A stretch of DNA of 64,000 bases from an uncultured Spirochaetota bacterium (lineage in GTDB: Bacteria > Spirochaetota > Spirochaetia > SZUA-6 > CAVTHK01), in contig CAVTHK010000001.1 of the NCBI GenBank assembly GCA_963734495.1, positions 128,001-192,000 of the forward strand. The letters run 5' to 3'. The position numbers were made by a program, and so were the translations under genes. The notes beneath the pieces were generated by a model, which was not told the origin of the DNA, did no database searches, and saw nothing but the letters and a program-made list of their open reading frames with translations. Of the stretch, positions 31,546 to 40,820 are shown piece after piece; positions within the stretch are counted from its first letter, which is position 1, and every line of letters starts with the position of its first letter.

Positions 31546-32553
31546 CTATGCCTCCACCTGGGCCGCCTTGATCCGCGGGTCGATGAGCCCGTAGAGCAGG
31601 TCGATGGTGAAGTTCGCCGCGAGGACCGCCACCGTGATCATGAGGGTGCAGCCGGAGATCAGCGGGTAGTCCAGCGTGCGGATGGCCGTGAACAGCCAGG
31701 TCCCGATGCCGGGGTAGTTGAACACGATCTCCGTGATCAGGGCCCCGCTCACCATCGTGCCCATCGAGAGCGCGAGCCCGGTGATCTGGGGCAGCATCGC
31801 GTTTCGGAACACGTACCGGATGACCTTCGCCTCCCGGATGCCCATGAGCTTGCTGTACAGCACATAGTCGGCGTTGAGCTCGTAGATCGCCATGGACCGC
31901 ATGCCGATCGCCTGGCCGCCGATGAGCACGAACACGATCGAGAGATAGGGAAGCGTGTGGTGGCGCAGCACCGAGGCGAAGAATGCGAGCGTCATCGTGG
32001 GCCGCATCTCGAAGCCGTAGCCGCCCCCAATGGGGAACCAGCCGAGGTTCAGCGCGAACAGGTAGAGCAGGATGATGGAGAAGGCGAAAAAGGGCATCGA
32101 GTTCACGAGCAGCGCAGCGGGAAAGAGCACCCGGTCGAAGGGCCCCTTCTTGTACGCCGTGATGGCCCCCAGCGCGTTGCCGATCAGCCAGCCGGTGAGG
32201 ATGGCCGGAAGCTGAAGGCCGATCGTCCAGGGCACGGCCGAGCGCAGGATGCTCACGACCTTGCGGGGATAGAGCCCGAACGATGTGCCCATGTCGCCGC
32301 GGAGCAGGTTCTTCACGTAGACGAGGAACTGGATCGCGATGGGCTTGTCCAGCCCGAACTCGCGGTAAAAGGTGTCGTAGAGCCGCTTGAGCGTGTTGCT
32401 GTCGCTCAGGCCCTGCCCCATCTGGTCGACGATCATGCTCACCGGGTTGCCGCGGATCATGCGAGGCAGGAAGAAGTTCAGCATCACGGCCACGACCAGC
32501 GTCAGCAGGTACCAGCCGCCGCGCCGGAGCAGGTACTTCGCGTAGTTGCTCAT
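31546..32553 (-). CDS. Opp/Dpp-type ABC permease (OppB-like)
   Basis: FGLDKP, GDMGTSF, FRNAMLPQ, EIVFNYPGIG, IDPRI. Confidence 0.92.
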   Translation of the reverse strand: MSNYAKYLLRRGGWYLLTLVVAVMLNFFLPRMIRGNPVSMIVDQMGQGLSDSNTLKRLYDTFYREFGLDKPIAIQFLVYVKNLLRGDMGTSFGLYPRKVVSILRSAVPWTIGLQLPAILTGWLIGNALGAITAYKKGPFDRVLFPAALLVNSMPFFAFSIILLYLFALNLGWFPIGGGYGFEMRPTMTLAFFASVLRHHTLPYLSIVFVLIGGQAIGMRSMAIYELNADYVLYSKLMGIREAKVIRYVFRNAMLPQITGLALSMGTMVSGALITEIVFNYPGIGTWLFTAIRTLDYPLISGCTLMITVAVLAANFTIDLLYGLIDPRIKAAQVEA

Positions 32554-32566
32554 GAGGTGCGCCGCG

Positions 32567-32590
32567 AAAAGGGGCCCCCGGAGGGGCCCC
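32567..32590 (-). terminator. Stem-loop between SBP and permease (partial terminator or mRNA stabiliser)
   Basis: GGGGCCCC-TCCG-GGGGCCCC-TTTT on minus strand. Confidence 0.7.
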
Positions 32591-32596
32591 GAATGT

Positions 32597-34348
32597 CTAC
32601 TTCGCCTTGATCATGTAAAGGCCGCGGACGCCCGACTGATCGGCGAGGATGGTGGGCGGGACGCCCGTGTTGTCCCCTTCGACCGGGAACCCGCTCCACA
32701 CGCTGGTGTTGAAGGTGTAGAACCGGAAGGGGCGGTACATCAGGGGAACGGTCGAGACGTTCTTGAGCCAGATGACCGTGAGCTCGGTATACAGCTTCTT
32801 GAGCTCCGCCTTGTCCGAGGTCCGCGGGATCTGCTCCAGGATCGCGTCGGCGCGGTCGTCATGGAACCTGTTGTAGTTCGAGAACGCGAGCTGCCCGACC
32901 GCGGGGACGCCCTTGGAGTACAGAATGAAGTTGGCCCGCAGCCACGGCTGGCTCGGCATGGGCTGGCCGGCGGGGGCGAACATCACGACATCGAAGCTGC
33001 CGGTGTTGCGGTCGTTGGTGTAGACCGGCGCCTCGGGGAACTTGGTGCGCAGCTCGATGCCGATCTTCTGCGCGCTCTGAGCGACGATCTCGAGCGCGGC
33101 GTTCCAGTCAGTCCAGCCGTAGGGGCACTCCAGGTCCCACGGCCCCAGGCGCACGCCGTTGAGCACGCGGATGCCGTCCGCGCCTTTCTTGGCGCCGATG
33201 GAATCCAGCAGCTTGTTGGCGGCGTCCACGTCGTACTTCCACTGGTACTGCCTGATCGCGTCCTTGTCGATGTACTGCTCGGTCTCGACCGGCATCGTGA
33301 GCGCCGGCGTGATGTTCCTCGAATAGCCGCTCATCGCGAGCTCTTCGATCTTGGAATAGTCGATCGACATCGCGATCGCGCGCCGCACGTCCGGGTTGTT
33401 CATGCCGGGCTTGGAGAGGTTGAACCACATCGAAGGCATGCTCGCGGGCACGAAGTAGGGCAGGTCCTTGAGGTACGTCCGGATCGGCGTGCCGTCCTTC
33501 CACATGTCCCACACGTGAGGGGTGAACTGCTGCGACATGTCGACCTGGCTGTTCTTGAGCGCGAGGTCCCCGGCCGCATTGTCCTTGAAGATCGTGTGGG
33601 TGATGTACTTGGGCCCAGGGAGCTTGCCGAACAGCGCCTTGCCCCAGTAGTTGTCGTCGCGGATGAGCGTGATGCGGGTGTCGTCGTAGAAGAACATCTT
33701 GTACGGCCCGGAGGCCACCGGAGCCGGGTTGAAGAACTTGCGGATCTCGGCGATGTCGCCCTTGGCGTCCGCCTCGACCTTGGTCCAGACATGCTTGGGC
33801 AGCAGCGGCACGTCGCAGATGCTGTCGAGGATGAGCAGCTGGTTGGCCTTGTCCGCCTTTTGCTTGATGGTGAACGTGGCCGCGTCAGAGGCGGAGACCG
33901 AATCGATGTAGGTCCAGTACTGCGTCCAGTACGTGGTGTACTTCTTGCCCAGCTCGTAGCTGTAGGCCACGTCCTCAGCCGTCAGCTTCTGGCCGTCGTT
34001 CCAGTGCGCCGCCGGGTTGATCGAGACCTTGAGCGTGAGCGGGTCGGTCCACTCGTATTTCGCGCCGACCAGCGGGTCGATCTTGCCGTTGAGCATGTTG
34101 AAGGTGAACAGCGCCTCGTACGTGAGGAACCGCTGCTGCTGGATCGGGAACGACATGTTGCCGGTCAGCGGGTTGAAGTTGGTCGGGGCGCCCCATTGGA
34201 CGCCCGACATGTAGAGCGTCTCGTTTCGCGGGGTCGCCCCCTGCGGAGTGACGGCTTCTTCCTTCTTCTCAGACACAGGACCCGCAGATACCAGGCCCGC
34301 AGACAGGATCGCCAGCAGGCCGAGAACGAGGACCTTTCTGAATGCCAT
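32597..34348 (-). CDS. Family-5 solute-binding protein, probably oligosaccharide-binding
   Basis: AAGGAGG RBS; PRNETLY...QWGAPTNFNP, WNDGQKLTAEDV, SGPY, PYGWTDW. Confidence 0.9.
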   Translation of the reverse strand: MAFRKVLVLGLLAILSAGLVSAGPVSEKKEEAVTPQGATPRNETLYMSGVQWGAPTNFNPLTGNMSFPIQQQRFLTYEALFTFNMLNGKIDPLVGAKYEWTDPLTLKVSINPAAHWNDGQKLTAEDVAYSYELGKKYTTYWTQYWTYIDSVSASDAATFTIKQKADKANQLLILDSICDVPLLPKHVWTKVEADAKGDIAEIRKFFNPAPVASGPYKMFFYDDTRITLIRDDNYWGKALFGKLPGPKYITHTIFKDNAAGDLALKNSQVDMSQQFTPHVWDMWKDGTPIRTYLKDLPYFVPASMPSMWFNLSKPGMNNPDVRRAIAMSIDYSKIEELAMSGYSRNITPALTMPVETEQYIDKDAIRQYQWKYDVDAANKLLDSIGAKKGADGIRVLNGVRLGPWDLECPYGWTDWNAALEIVAQSAQKIGIELRTKFPEAPVYTNDRNTGSFDVVMFAPAGQPMPSQPWLRANFILYSKGVPAVGQLAFSNYNRFHDDRADAILEQIPRTSDKAELKKLYTELTVIWLKNVSTVPLMYRPFRFYTFNTSVWSGFPVEGDNTGVPPTILADQSGVRGLYMIKAK

Positions 34349-34406
34349 GACAGTGCCTCCTTGAGACAACTGACTTCGACGGGAGCTGTGCCCGCCGCAA
34401 AAGGAA

Positions 34407-34435
34407 AGTCTAAGGGCGCTTCCTGCCGCTGTCAA
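34407..34435 (-). promoter_or_regulatory. Sigma70 promoter of the Opp-type operon with LacI-like site in the spacer
   Basis: TTGACA-17-TAGACT; GGCAGGAAGCGC at 34427-34416. Confidence 0.7.
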
Positions 34436-34487
34436 ATCGAGCCTCGCTGGACATCGCGGGACTGGCGCGCCGGGCCACGCGCGCTCG

Positions 34488-34517
34488 TTGACGCTGCCTT
34501 GGGCGTGAGTCTAGTAT
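34488..34517 (+). promoter_or_regulatory. Putative glnA promoter
   Basis: TTGACG-18-TAGTAT. Confidence 0.5.
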
Positions 34518-34540
34518 CCGGGTGCGTAAAAGAGGTCGAA

Positions 34541-36433
34541 ATGGACAGCCCGCTGTATCTCATCCTCGAACCCGACAGGAATCCGGCCGGGCTCAGGGGT
34601 CTCCTCGAGTCGCACCCCGAGATACGCTTCGTTTCGCTTTCGGGCGTCGACCTGGGCGGCAACGACACCGACGAAAGGATCCCCGTGACTCACTTTCTCG
34701 GCCATATCGAGGAGTACCTTTCCGGCGGCGTGCAGACCGACGGCTCGAGCGTCGTCCTGCCGGGGATAGCGACGCTCAACGACGGCCAGGTCGACCTCGT
34801 CGCCGACCCGGACGTGCGCTGGTACGTCGACTACAACACCGAGCTCGGGGATCCCGAGGCGAGGGTCCCCGTCGGCACGCTCCGCATCCCGGCATTCCTG
34901 AAGCACGGAACGCGGTTCGTGGACTCGCGCTCCCTGCTCAAACGCGCCGTCGAGAGCTGCGAGCGGCGCCTGCTCGCGCTGCTGCGCTCCCATCCCGCGG
35001 CCGCGCGGGCCGCGGGCATCGACCCGGCGGGCGTCGTGGGCCTGCAGCTCGCCGCTGCGACGGAGCTCGAGTTCTGGGTGCGGACCCCGGGCGGCACGAT
35101 CGAGGCCGAGCAGCTGGAGGTGTCGCAGGTGCTGCAGGAGTCGTACTGGAAGCGGACCAAGGGCTCGGTGCGCTCCGCCCTCGAGCTCTCGCTGATGCTG
35201 CTCGAAAGGTACGGCCTCGCCCCCGAGATGGGCCACAAGGAGGTCGGCGGCGTCAAGGCGACCGTGAGCGGGCAGGGCGGCTTCGACGACATCATGGAGC
35301 AGCTCGAGATCGACTGGAGGTACGCGCCGGCCCTGCAGGCCGCGGACAACGAGCTGCTCGCGCGCATCATGATCAAGGAGACGTTTCGCCGCCACGGGCT
35401 GGAGGCCACCTTCATGGCCAAGCCGATGGACCTCGTGGCGGGCAGCGGGGAGCATACGCACGTGAACATCGTGGCGCTGATGCGCGACGGGTCGCGCGCG
35501 AACCTCTTCGCGCCCCGCGACCCGGGCGCGGACTACCTCGGCCCGCTCGGCTGGGGCGCGCTCATGGGGCTGCTGCGCAACTACGAGGCTGCCGGCGCGT
35601 TCGTCACCGCCTCCAACGACGCCTTCAACCGCCTCAAGCCGGGCTTCGAGGCGCCGGTCTGCATCGTCGCCTCCGTCGGCCGCGACGTCAAGCTGCCGTC
35701 GCGCAACCGCACCGTGCTCGTGGGCGTGGTGCGGGAGCTCGCGAACCCGCTCTCGACGCGCTTCGAGGTGCGGGCCCCGAACCCGCACACCAACACCTAC
35801 CTGGCGCTCGCCGCCTTCTGCCAGTCCATGGCCGACGGGATGCGCTGGGCGGCGGAGAGCGCGAAGCCTGCGGCCGAGCTCGAAGCCGGGTTCTCGAAGG
35901 CGGCCGGCGCTCCCCACCCCTACCTGGAGGCCGGTCGCGCCTACCGCAGCGAAGAAGACGTCTTCGAGGACTACGACGACAAGGAGCGCGAGTCCGCGTT
36001 CGGCCGGCCGCCCGCGACGGTATGGGAGACCCTGGCGAACCTCGACGCCTGTCCGGAAAAGACCGCCGTGCTCTGCGTGGACGGCGTGTTCTCCCCGGAG
36101 CTCATCGACTCGTACAGGCGGGCGATGCTGCTGCGCTGGACGATGGAGCTCTCGAGCCGGATCATCCCCGACAACTCGAGGCTCGTGCATGGCTGCGTGC
36201 GGATGGACGGCGAGAACCGGCTGGACCAGGAGCGCTGGGGCCGCATCGAGGCGCTCAAGCAGGCCCTGGCCCGCGACGACGTCGACCGGACGTGTCTGTT
36301 TACGCGGATCCGCGAAGCGGTCGCCGCGGGAGAGTACGCGACCGTCTCCTCCCTGCAGCTGGAAATGGAGGCGCGGATGGCGGAGCTCGCCGGCCTCCAC
36401 CGCCTCTACCGCAGGAACCTCGGGCCAGCCTGA
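34541..36433 (+). CDS. glnA: Glutamine synthetase (long, about 630-aa form)
   Basis: TDGSS, TELEF, HKEVGG, EQLEI, FMAKP, GSGEHTH, RLKPGFEAP, SRNR, RFEVRAP. Confidence 0.88.
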   Translation: MDSPLYLILEPDRNPAGLRGLLESHPEIRFVSLSGVDLGGNDTDERIPVTHFLGHIEEYLSGGVQTDGSSVVLPGIATLNDGQVDLVADPDVRWYVDYNTELGDPEARVPVGTLRIPAFLKHGTRFVDSRSLLKRAVESCERRLLALLRSHPAAARAAGIDPAGVVGLQLAAATELEFWVRTPGGTIEAEQLEVSQVLQESYWKRTKGSVRSALELSLMLLERYGLAPEMGHKEVGGVKATVSGQGGFDDIMEQLEIDWRYAPALQAADNELLARIMIKETFRRHGLEATFMAKPMDLVAGSGEHTHVNIVALMRDGSRANLFAPRDPGADYLGPLGWGALMGLLRNYEAAGAFVTASNDAFNRLKPGFEAPVCIVASVGRDVKLPSRNRTVLVGVVRELANPLSTRFEVRAPNPHTNTYLALAAFCQSMADGMRWAAESAKPAAELEAGFSKAAGAPHPYLEAGRAYRSEEDVFEDYDDKERESAFGRPPATVWETLANLDACPEKTAVLCVDGVFSPELIDSYRRAMLLRWTMELSSRIIPDNSRLVHGCVRMDGENRLDQERWGRIEALKQALARDDVDRTCLFTRIREAVAAGEYATVSSLQLEMEARMAELAGLHRLYRRNLGPA

Positions 36434-36469
36434 GCCGCCGGGTGTCCCGCCGCGCGCTCTTGCGGGCGC

Positions 36470-37789
36470 TTGCCGGCGGCTCGCCGTGTGGCGTATTGTC
36501 CCTGCGAGGTCTCGGCTGCCCTGCTGTACCTTCTTCTGTTTCTTTTTTCCTTCGCCGCGGTGCCGGTCTTTGCCTACCTCGATCCCGGCACGGGGAGCCT
36601 CCTGCTCTACGCCCTCGTCGGCATAGCGACGACCGCGCTGTTCGCCCTGAGGAATCTCTGGTACTGGGCGAAGGGCAAGACGCTCCTGTCGGCGACGGCG
36701 GTCGTTCGGGCCGAGCTTCCGGACATCGTGTTCCATTCCGAGGGAGGCAAGTACTGGCAGGTCTTTCAGCCGGTGCTCGCCGGCCTGCAGCAGCTCGGTG
36801 TTTCCTGCGCGTACGTCACCCCCGACGCGGCGGACCCCGCACTGAGCTGGACCGCGAAGGGGTTCACGGCGGTCCACCCGGGCGGCGAGATGATGACGAT
36901 CGCCTACATGAACGCGATCAAGGCGGCGATGGTCGTCTCCACGACCCCGAGCCTCGACGTCTACATGCTCAGGCGCTCCCGCAAGGTCAAGCACTACGCG
37001 CACCTGTTCCACGCCCCGACCGATGTCGCGTTCTACGAGAAGTTCGCGTTCGACTACTACGATTCGCTGCTCACGGTCGGCTCCTTCCAGGAACGGAGCG
37101 TCCGCGAGCTGGAACGAAGACGCGGCCTCGAGGAGAAGCAGCTCTTCGAGACGGGGTGCCCCTACTACGACTACATGCTCGAAGAGATGAGGGGTCTCGC
37201 GCCGAGGGAGACCTCCGGGCTGACCGTGCTCTATGCGCCGGCCTGGGGCGGCAGGAGCTCGGTCCTCAAGTACGGGACCGCGCTGCTCGACGCGCTGGCT
37301 CGAGCCGGAATCAGGACCATCTTCCGCCCTCATCCGCAGTTCTACGTTTCCCATCTCGACATCATCCGGGACATCGAGAAGAAGCTCTCGGGCAGCGCGC
37401 ACGTCGAGATCGACACGAACAGGACCGGCATCAGCAGCATGAGCAGGTCGGACGTGATGATCACGGACCTGTCCGGTGTCCTCCTCGACTACGCGTTCCT
37501 GTTCGAGCGGCCGATCATCCTCGCGAACTCGCGGGCGGACGTCGGCGGCCAGGAGGGCGAGGACCTGTCCGGCGAGATCTGGGATGTCGCGGTGAGCAGG
37601 CGGTTGGCGCGCTGCCTCGCCGACGATGAAGTCGGGCGCATCCCCGACATCGTCGTCCAGGCGAACGCCGACGGCGCGCAGTACGCCGGCGCCATCCGCG
37701 CGGTCAGAGACGGGGAGATCTACAACTTCGGGCGCGCGGGCCGCGCCGCGGCCGACAGCATCGCGAGGGTGCTCGGAGGCCTCGTGTGA
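36470..37789 (+). CDS. CDP-glycerol glycerophosphotransferase (TagB/TagF-like) with N-terminal membrane anchor; start uncertain (36470-36521)
   Basis: LFHAP, LYAPAWG, FRPHP, MITDLSGVLLDYAFLFERPII; N-terminal YLDPGTGS plus TM. Confidence 0.8.
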   Translation: MPAARRVAYCPCEVSAALLYLLLFLFSFAAVPVFAYLDPGTGSLLLYALVGIATTALFALRNLWYWAKGKTLLSATAVVRAELPDIVFHSEGGKYWQVFQPVLAGLQQLGVSCAYVTPDAADPALSWTAKGFTAVHPGGEMMTIAYMNAIKAAMVVSTTPSLDVYMLRRSRKVKHYAHLFHAPTDVAFYEKFAFDYYDSLLTVGSFQERSVRELERRRGLEEKQLFETGCPYYDYMLEEMRGLAPRETSGLTVLYAPAWGGRSSVLKYGTALLDALARAGIRTIFRPHPQFYVSHLDIIRDIEKKLSGSAHVEIDTNRTGISSMSRSDVMITDLSGVLLDYAFLFERPIILANSRADVGGQEGEDLSGEIWDVAVSRRLARCLADDEVGRIPDIVVQANADGAQYAGAIRAVRDGEIYNFGRAGRAAADSIARVLGGLV

Positions 37790-40677
37790 ACGCCCTGCAC
37801 GCGATCTTCATCAGGCCCGTCGAGCAGCTCCTCGAGCTCCTCTTCGTGCGGTTCGCGGCCGCGACGGGCAGCTACGGCTGGTCTCTCGTCCTCCTCAGCC
37901 TGGCGGTGACGCTCATCACGGCCCCCCTCTACTACGTGGCGGAGCGCTGGAAGATCCGCGAACAGATCCTCCAGAAGACGATGGCCCGGGACCTGGCCAG
38001 CATCAGGAAGCACTATTCCGGCCAGAAGCGGTTCTACCTCGTCAGGAACGTCCACCGGCTCCACGGCTACAAATCCTTCTACGCGCTGCGCACGTCGCTG
38101 GGCCTCCTGATCCAGATCCCCTTCTTCTTCGCGGCGTACGGGTACCTGTCGCAGTTCCGGGGCTACGCGGGCACGGGCTTTCTCTTTGTCCCGGACCTGG
38201 GCCGCCCCGACGACCTCCTCTGGGGCGCTGCCCTGCTCCCCTTTGTCATGACCGCCGTCAACGTGGTGTCCTCCCTCGTCTACACCCGCTCCCGGTCCCT
38301 CAAAGACAACGCGCAGCTTCTCCTGCTGGCGCTCGTCTTTCTCGTCGTCCTCTACGACCAGCCCGCCGGGCTCCTCGTCTACTGGACGATGAACAACGTG
38401 TTCGCCATGCTCAAGAACCTCCTGCTCGCGCGTTTTCTGCCGCAGCCCGGGCCGGCCGCCGCCGGCGAGCCCGCGGCGGCGGTCAGCCGACGCGTGCTCA
38501 CGGCCGCCGAGCTTTCGCCGTGGTACTTCGTGCCCGTGGCCCTGCTGGTGGCCGCCCAGGCGTTCTGGCAGGTCCACTTCGATCGAAGCTTCAAGTACTG
38601 CATACTCGCGACCGCGATCATCGGCGCGGCGCTTTCGTTCGCGCTCATTCTCCGGCAGGCTCGTGTGCCGAGGCCGCGGTCCGCGCGGCTCCGTTCGATG
38701 GACCTGGCTCTGCTGTGGGCGCTCTTCGGCGTTTCGGCGTACCTGCTTCTTTTCGAGAGGCGGCAGAACATCCTCCTTTCGAACGCCACGGTCAAGTTCA
38801 TCCCGGCGGTGATCCAGGACATCATCGTCTACGTTGCCGGCAGACGCCTTCTTCCCGGGGCGCCGGCCGAGGACGCCGGCCTCGCCCCGGCGCAGGCCCG
38901 CAGGATCTTCGAGGCGGCCTCCGTGTTCCTGTTCGCCTACGTCTTCGTCCTCTCCCCGATGCTGGTCTATTTCTCGTCGCCGCAGGACATCGGTATCGAG
39001 GTGGGACCCCTCCTGGCGCGCCTTGCGCCCTGGGCGATCGGGTTCTCGCTGGCGAGTGCCGGCCTGATCAGGCTCGCGGGCGGGGGCGCTCAGCGCCGCG
39101 CGGCCGAAGCGTCGGTGGCGCTCATACTGGTCGCGATCACCTACAGCTACGTGATCCCCGGCGACTACGGGATCCTCGACGAGTTCAACCTCGAGAAGGC
39201 CTTTCTGCTGGAGCACACGCCGCTCGGCCTGTTCCTGGTCGACGTTCTGGTGATCATCCTGGCGGCAGCGGCCTCCCGGTACGCGCTGCGCAGGTGGGCG
39301 ACGGTCGTGGTGCCGTGCCTGGGAGCCGTGGCGATCGCGTTCGCGGTGCAGGTCACCGTGAGCGCGGTGCGAATGGACCGCGCGGCGATCGTGGCGGCGG
39401 ATCGCGAAACCCCCGCCCTTCCCGCGGACAGCGGCGCCGTCAATCACTTCTCGAAGACCGGCCGGAACATCGTGCTCGTCATCGCGGACATGTTCAACGG
39501 CAACTACATCGGGAGGATGCTCGAGCAGTTCCCCGAGACGCGGGACAAGCTGGACGGATTCACGTGGTACCCGAACACCCTCTCGATCTCTTCGCACACC
39601 GCGACTTCTCTCCCCGGGGTCCTCGGCGGCTGGAACTATTCTCCCGAGCACATGAACGCCGTCCCCGGCACGGGGATGCAGAAGTACGAGGAGGCTGTCG
39701 CCGGCTTCGGCACCGCGCTGCTCGATCGCGGCTACGACGTCTCGATGGTCGACCTGCTCTACATGGATGCCGCGAAGATCGGCGGGGGCAAGTACGCCGG
39801 GAAGCTGCACGTCGGCAGGTCGGACGAGTACGTCGGCTACTGGAGAGGCGCTGCGGGCGGGTCCGTCAAGCGCGAGCTCGCGGGCGGCAAGGCGCGCCTT
39901 CTCGTGATGGTCACGCTGTTCCAGTCCGTCCCGTTCATGCTCAAAGCCAGGGTCTACGACGACGGGAGCTGGCTCGTGTTCCGGCGTTCGTACCAGTTCG
40001 ACTACATCGCGCGGAAGACCACGGGCAACTACGCTTACCTCGACCTGCTCCCGAAGGTGTCGACGGCCGCGGGCCCCGGCGACACCTTCAAATTCATCCA
40101 CACGCAATTCACCCACGAGCCGTTCGGGATCACGCGCGAGGGCAGGATCATCGACCGGGAGTTCCCGGATCCGCAGTCCCGCAGCTTCATCGACGGCACG
40201 AGCGCCTACTACACCGCGCGCAAGTTCATCGACTTTCTGGCGGCGTGGACGCTCTGGATGAAGCGCGAAGGCATCTACGACAACACGTTCATCGTGGTGG
40301 TGTCGGACCACAGCAACAACGCCATGGACAATGACCTGAGACTGCCCGACGCCGCCGCGGGGCTCGTCCGCAGGCACGACATCTCGAGGGCCGGCGCCCT
40401 CCTGCTGGTCAAGCGGTTCGGAGGCTCGGGCCCCCTGCGCAGGGACGACAGGCTCATGAGCAACGCGGATACGCCGGCCATCGTGCTGAACGCGGCCGGC
40501 GACCGGTCGGTCTACGGCGAGGACCCCACGGAAGGGCCTGCCCCGAGAGGCCGCGTCGTCGAGTATGGGAGCCTCCGCGACAACTGGCACGATTTCCTGA
40601 ACAGCGAGCGCGCGAAGTTCAACGAGTACCTGGTCAGGGACAACATCTACGTGCCGGCCAACTGGGAGATCAAGTAG
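37786..40677 (+). CDS. YidC/Oxa1-core fused to multi-TM region and alkaline-phosphatase-superfamily (LtaS/sulfatase-like) domain
   Basis: YGWSLVLLSLAV..APL, LLIQIPFFFAAY, FLFVPDLGRPD, PAGLLVYWTMNNVF; later NIVLVIADMF, YPNTLS..HTATSLP, THEPF, YDNTFIVVVSDH. Confidence 0.85.
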   Translation: MNALHAIFIRPVEQLLELLFVRFAAATGSYGWSLVLLSLAVTLITAPLYYVAERWKIREQILQKTMARDLASIRKHYSGQKRFYLVRNVHRLHGYKSFYALRTSLGLLIQIPFFFAAYGYLSQFRGYAGTGFLFVPDLGRPDDLLWGAALLPFVMTAVNVVSSLVYTRSRSLKDNAQLLLLALVFLVVLYDQPAGLLVYWTMNNVFAMLKNLLLARFLPQPGPAAAGEPAAAVSRRVLTAAELSPWYFVPVALLVAAQAFWQVHFDRSFKYCILATAIIGAALSFALILRQARVPRPRSARLRSMDLALLWALFGVSAYLLLFERRQNILLSNATVKFIPAVIQDIIVYVAGRRLLPGAPAEDAGLAPAQARRIFEAASVFLFAYVFVLSPMLVYFSSPQDIGIEVGPLLARLAPWAIGFSLASAGLIRLAGGGAQRRAAEASVALILVAITYSYVIPGDYGILDEFNLEKAFLLEHTPLGLFLVDVLVIILAAAASRYALRRWATVVVPCLGAVAIAFAVQVTVSAVRMDRAAIVAADRETPALPADSGAVNHFSKTGRNIVLVIADMFNGNYIGRMLEQFPETRDKLDGFTWYPNTLSISSHTATSLPGVLGGWNYSPEHMNAVPGTGMQKYEEAVAGFGTALLDRGYDVSMVDLLYMDAAKIGGGKYAGKLHVGRSDEYVGYWRGAAGGSVKRELAGGKARLLVMVTLFQSVPFMLKARVYDDGSWLVFRRSYQFDYIARKTTGNYAYLDLLPKVSTAAGPGDTFKFIHTQFTHEPFGITREGRIIDREFPDPQSRSFIDGTSAYYTARKFIDFLAAWTLWMKREGIYDNTFIVVVSDHSNNAMDNDLRLPDAAAGLVRRHDISRAGALLLVKRFGGSGPLRRDDRLMSNADTPAIVLNAAGDRSVYGEDPTEGPAPRGRVVEYGSLRDNWHDFLNSERAKFNEYLVRDNIYVPANWEIK

Positions 40678-40746
40678 GCGCGACCCTTGCGCCCGGGACG
40701 TGCGCGCGGGCCTGCGCCGGGGCCGCACGCCTCGGACTCCTGCGCC

Positions 40747-40784
40747 AGGAACCGTTTGCACAACCGGGAGCCGCGTGGCATCAT
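40747..40784 (+). promoter_or_regulatory. Promoter overlapped by a LacI/cre-like operator
   Basis: TTGCAC-17-CATCAT; AGGAACCGTTTGCA (40747-40760) fits TGnAAnCGnWnnCW on minus strand. Confidence 0.5.
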
Positions 40785-40820
40785 GGCGCCCCCCAATCGA
40801 ATCATGCGGGAGGTGAGACC

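Noticed and set aside
34380-34440. Possible c-di-GMP riboswitch (GCAAA/GGAAA)
   Set aside because: Better explained as the minus-strand TTGACA-17-TAGACT promoter
32546-36433. 1295-aa ORF
   Set aside because: First half is the antisense shadow of the SBP gene; glnA starts at 34541 with its own RBS and promoter
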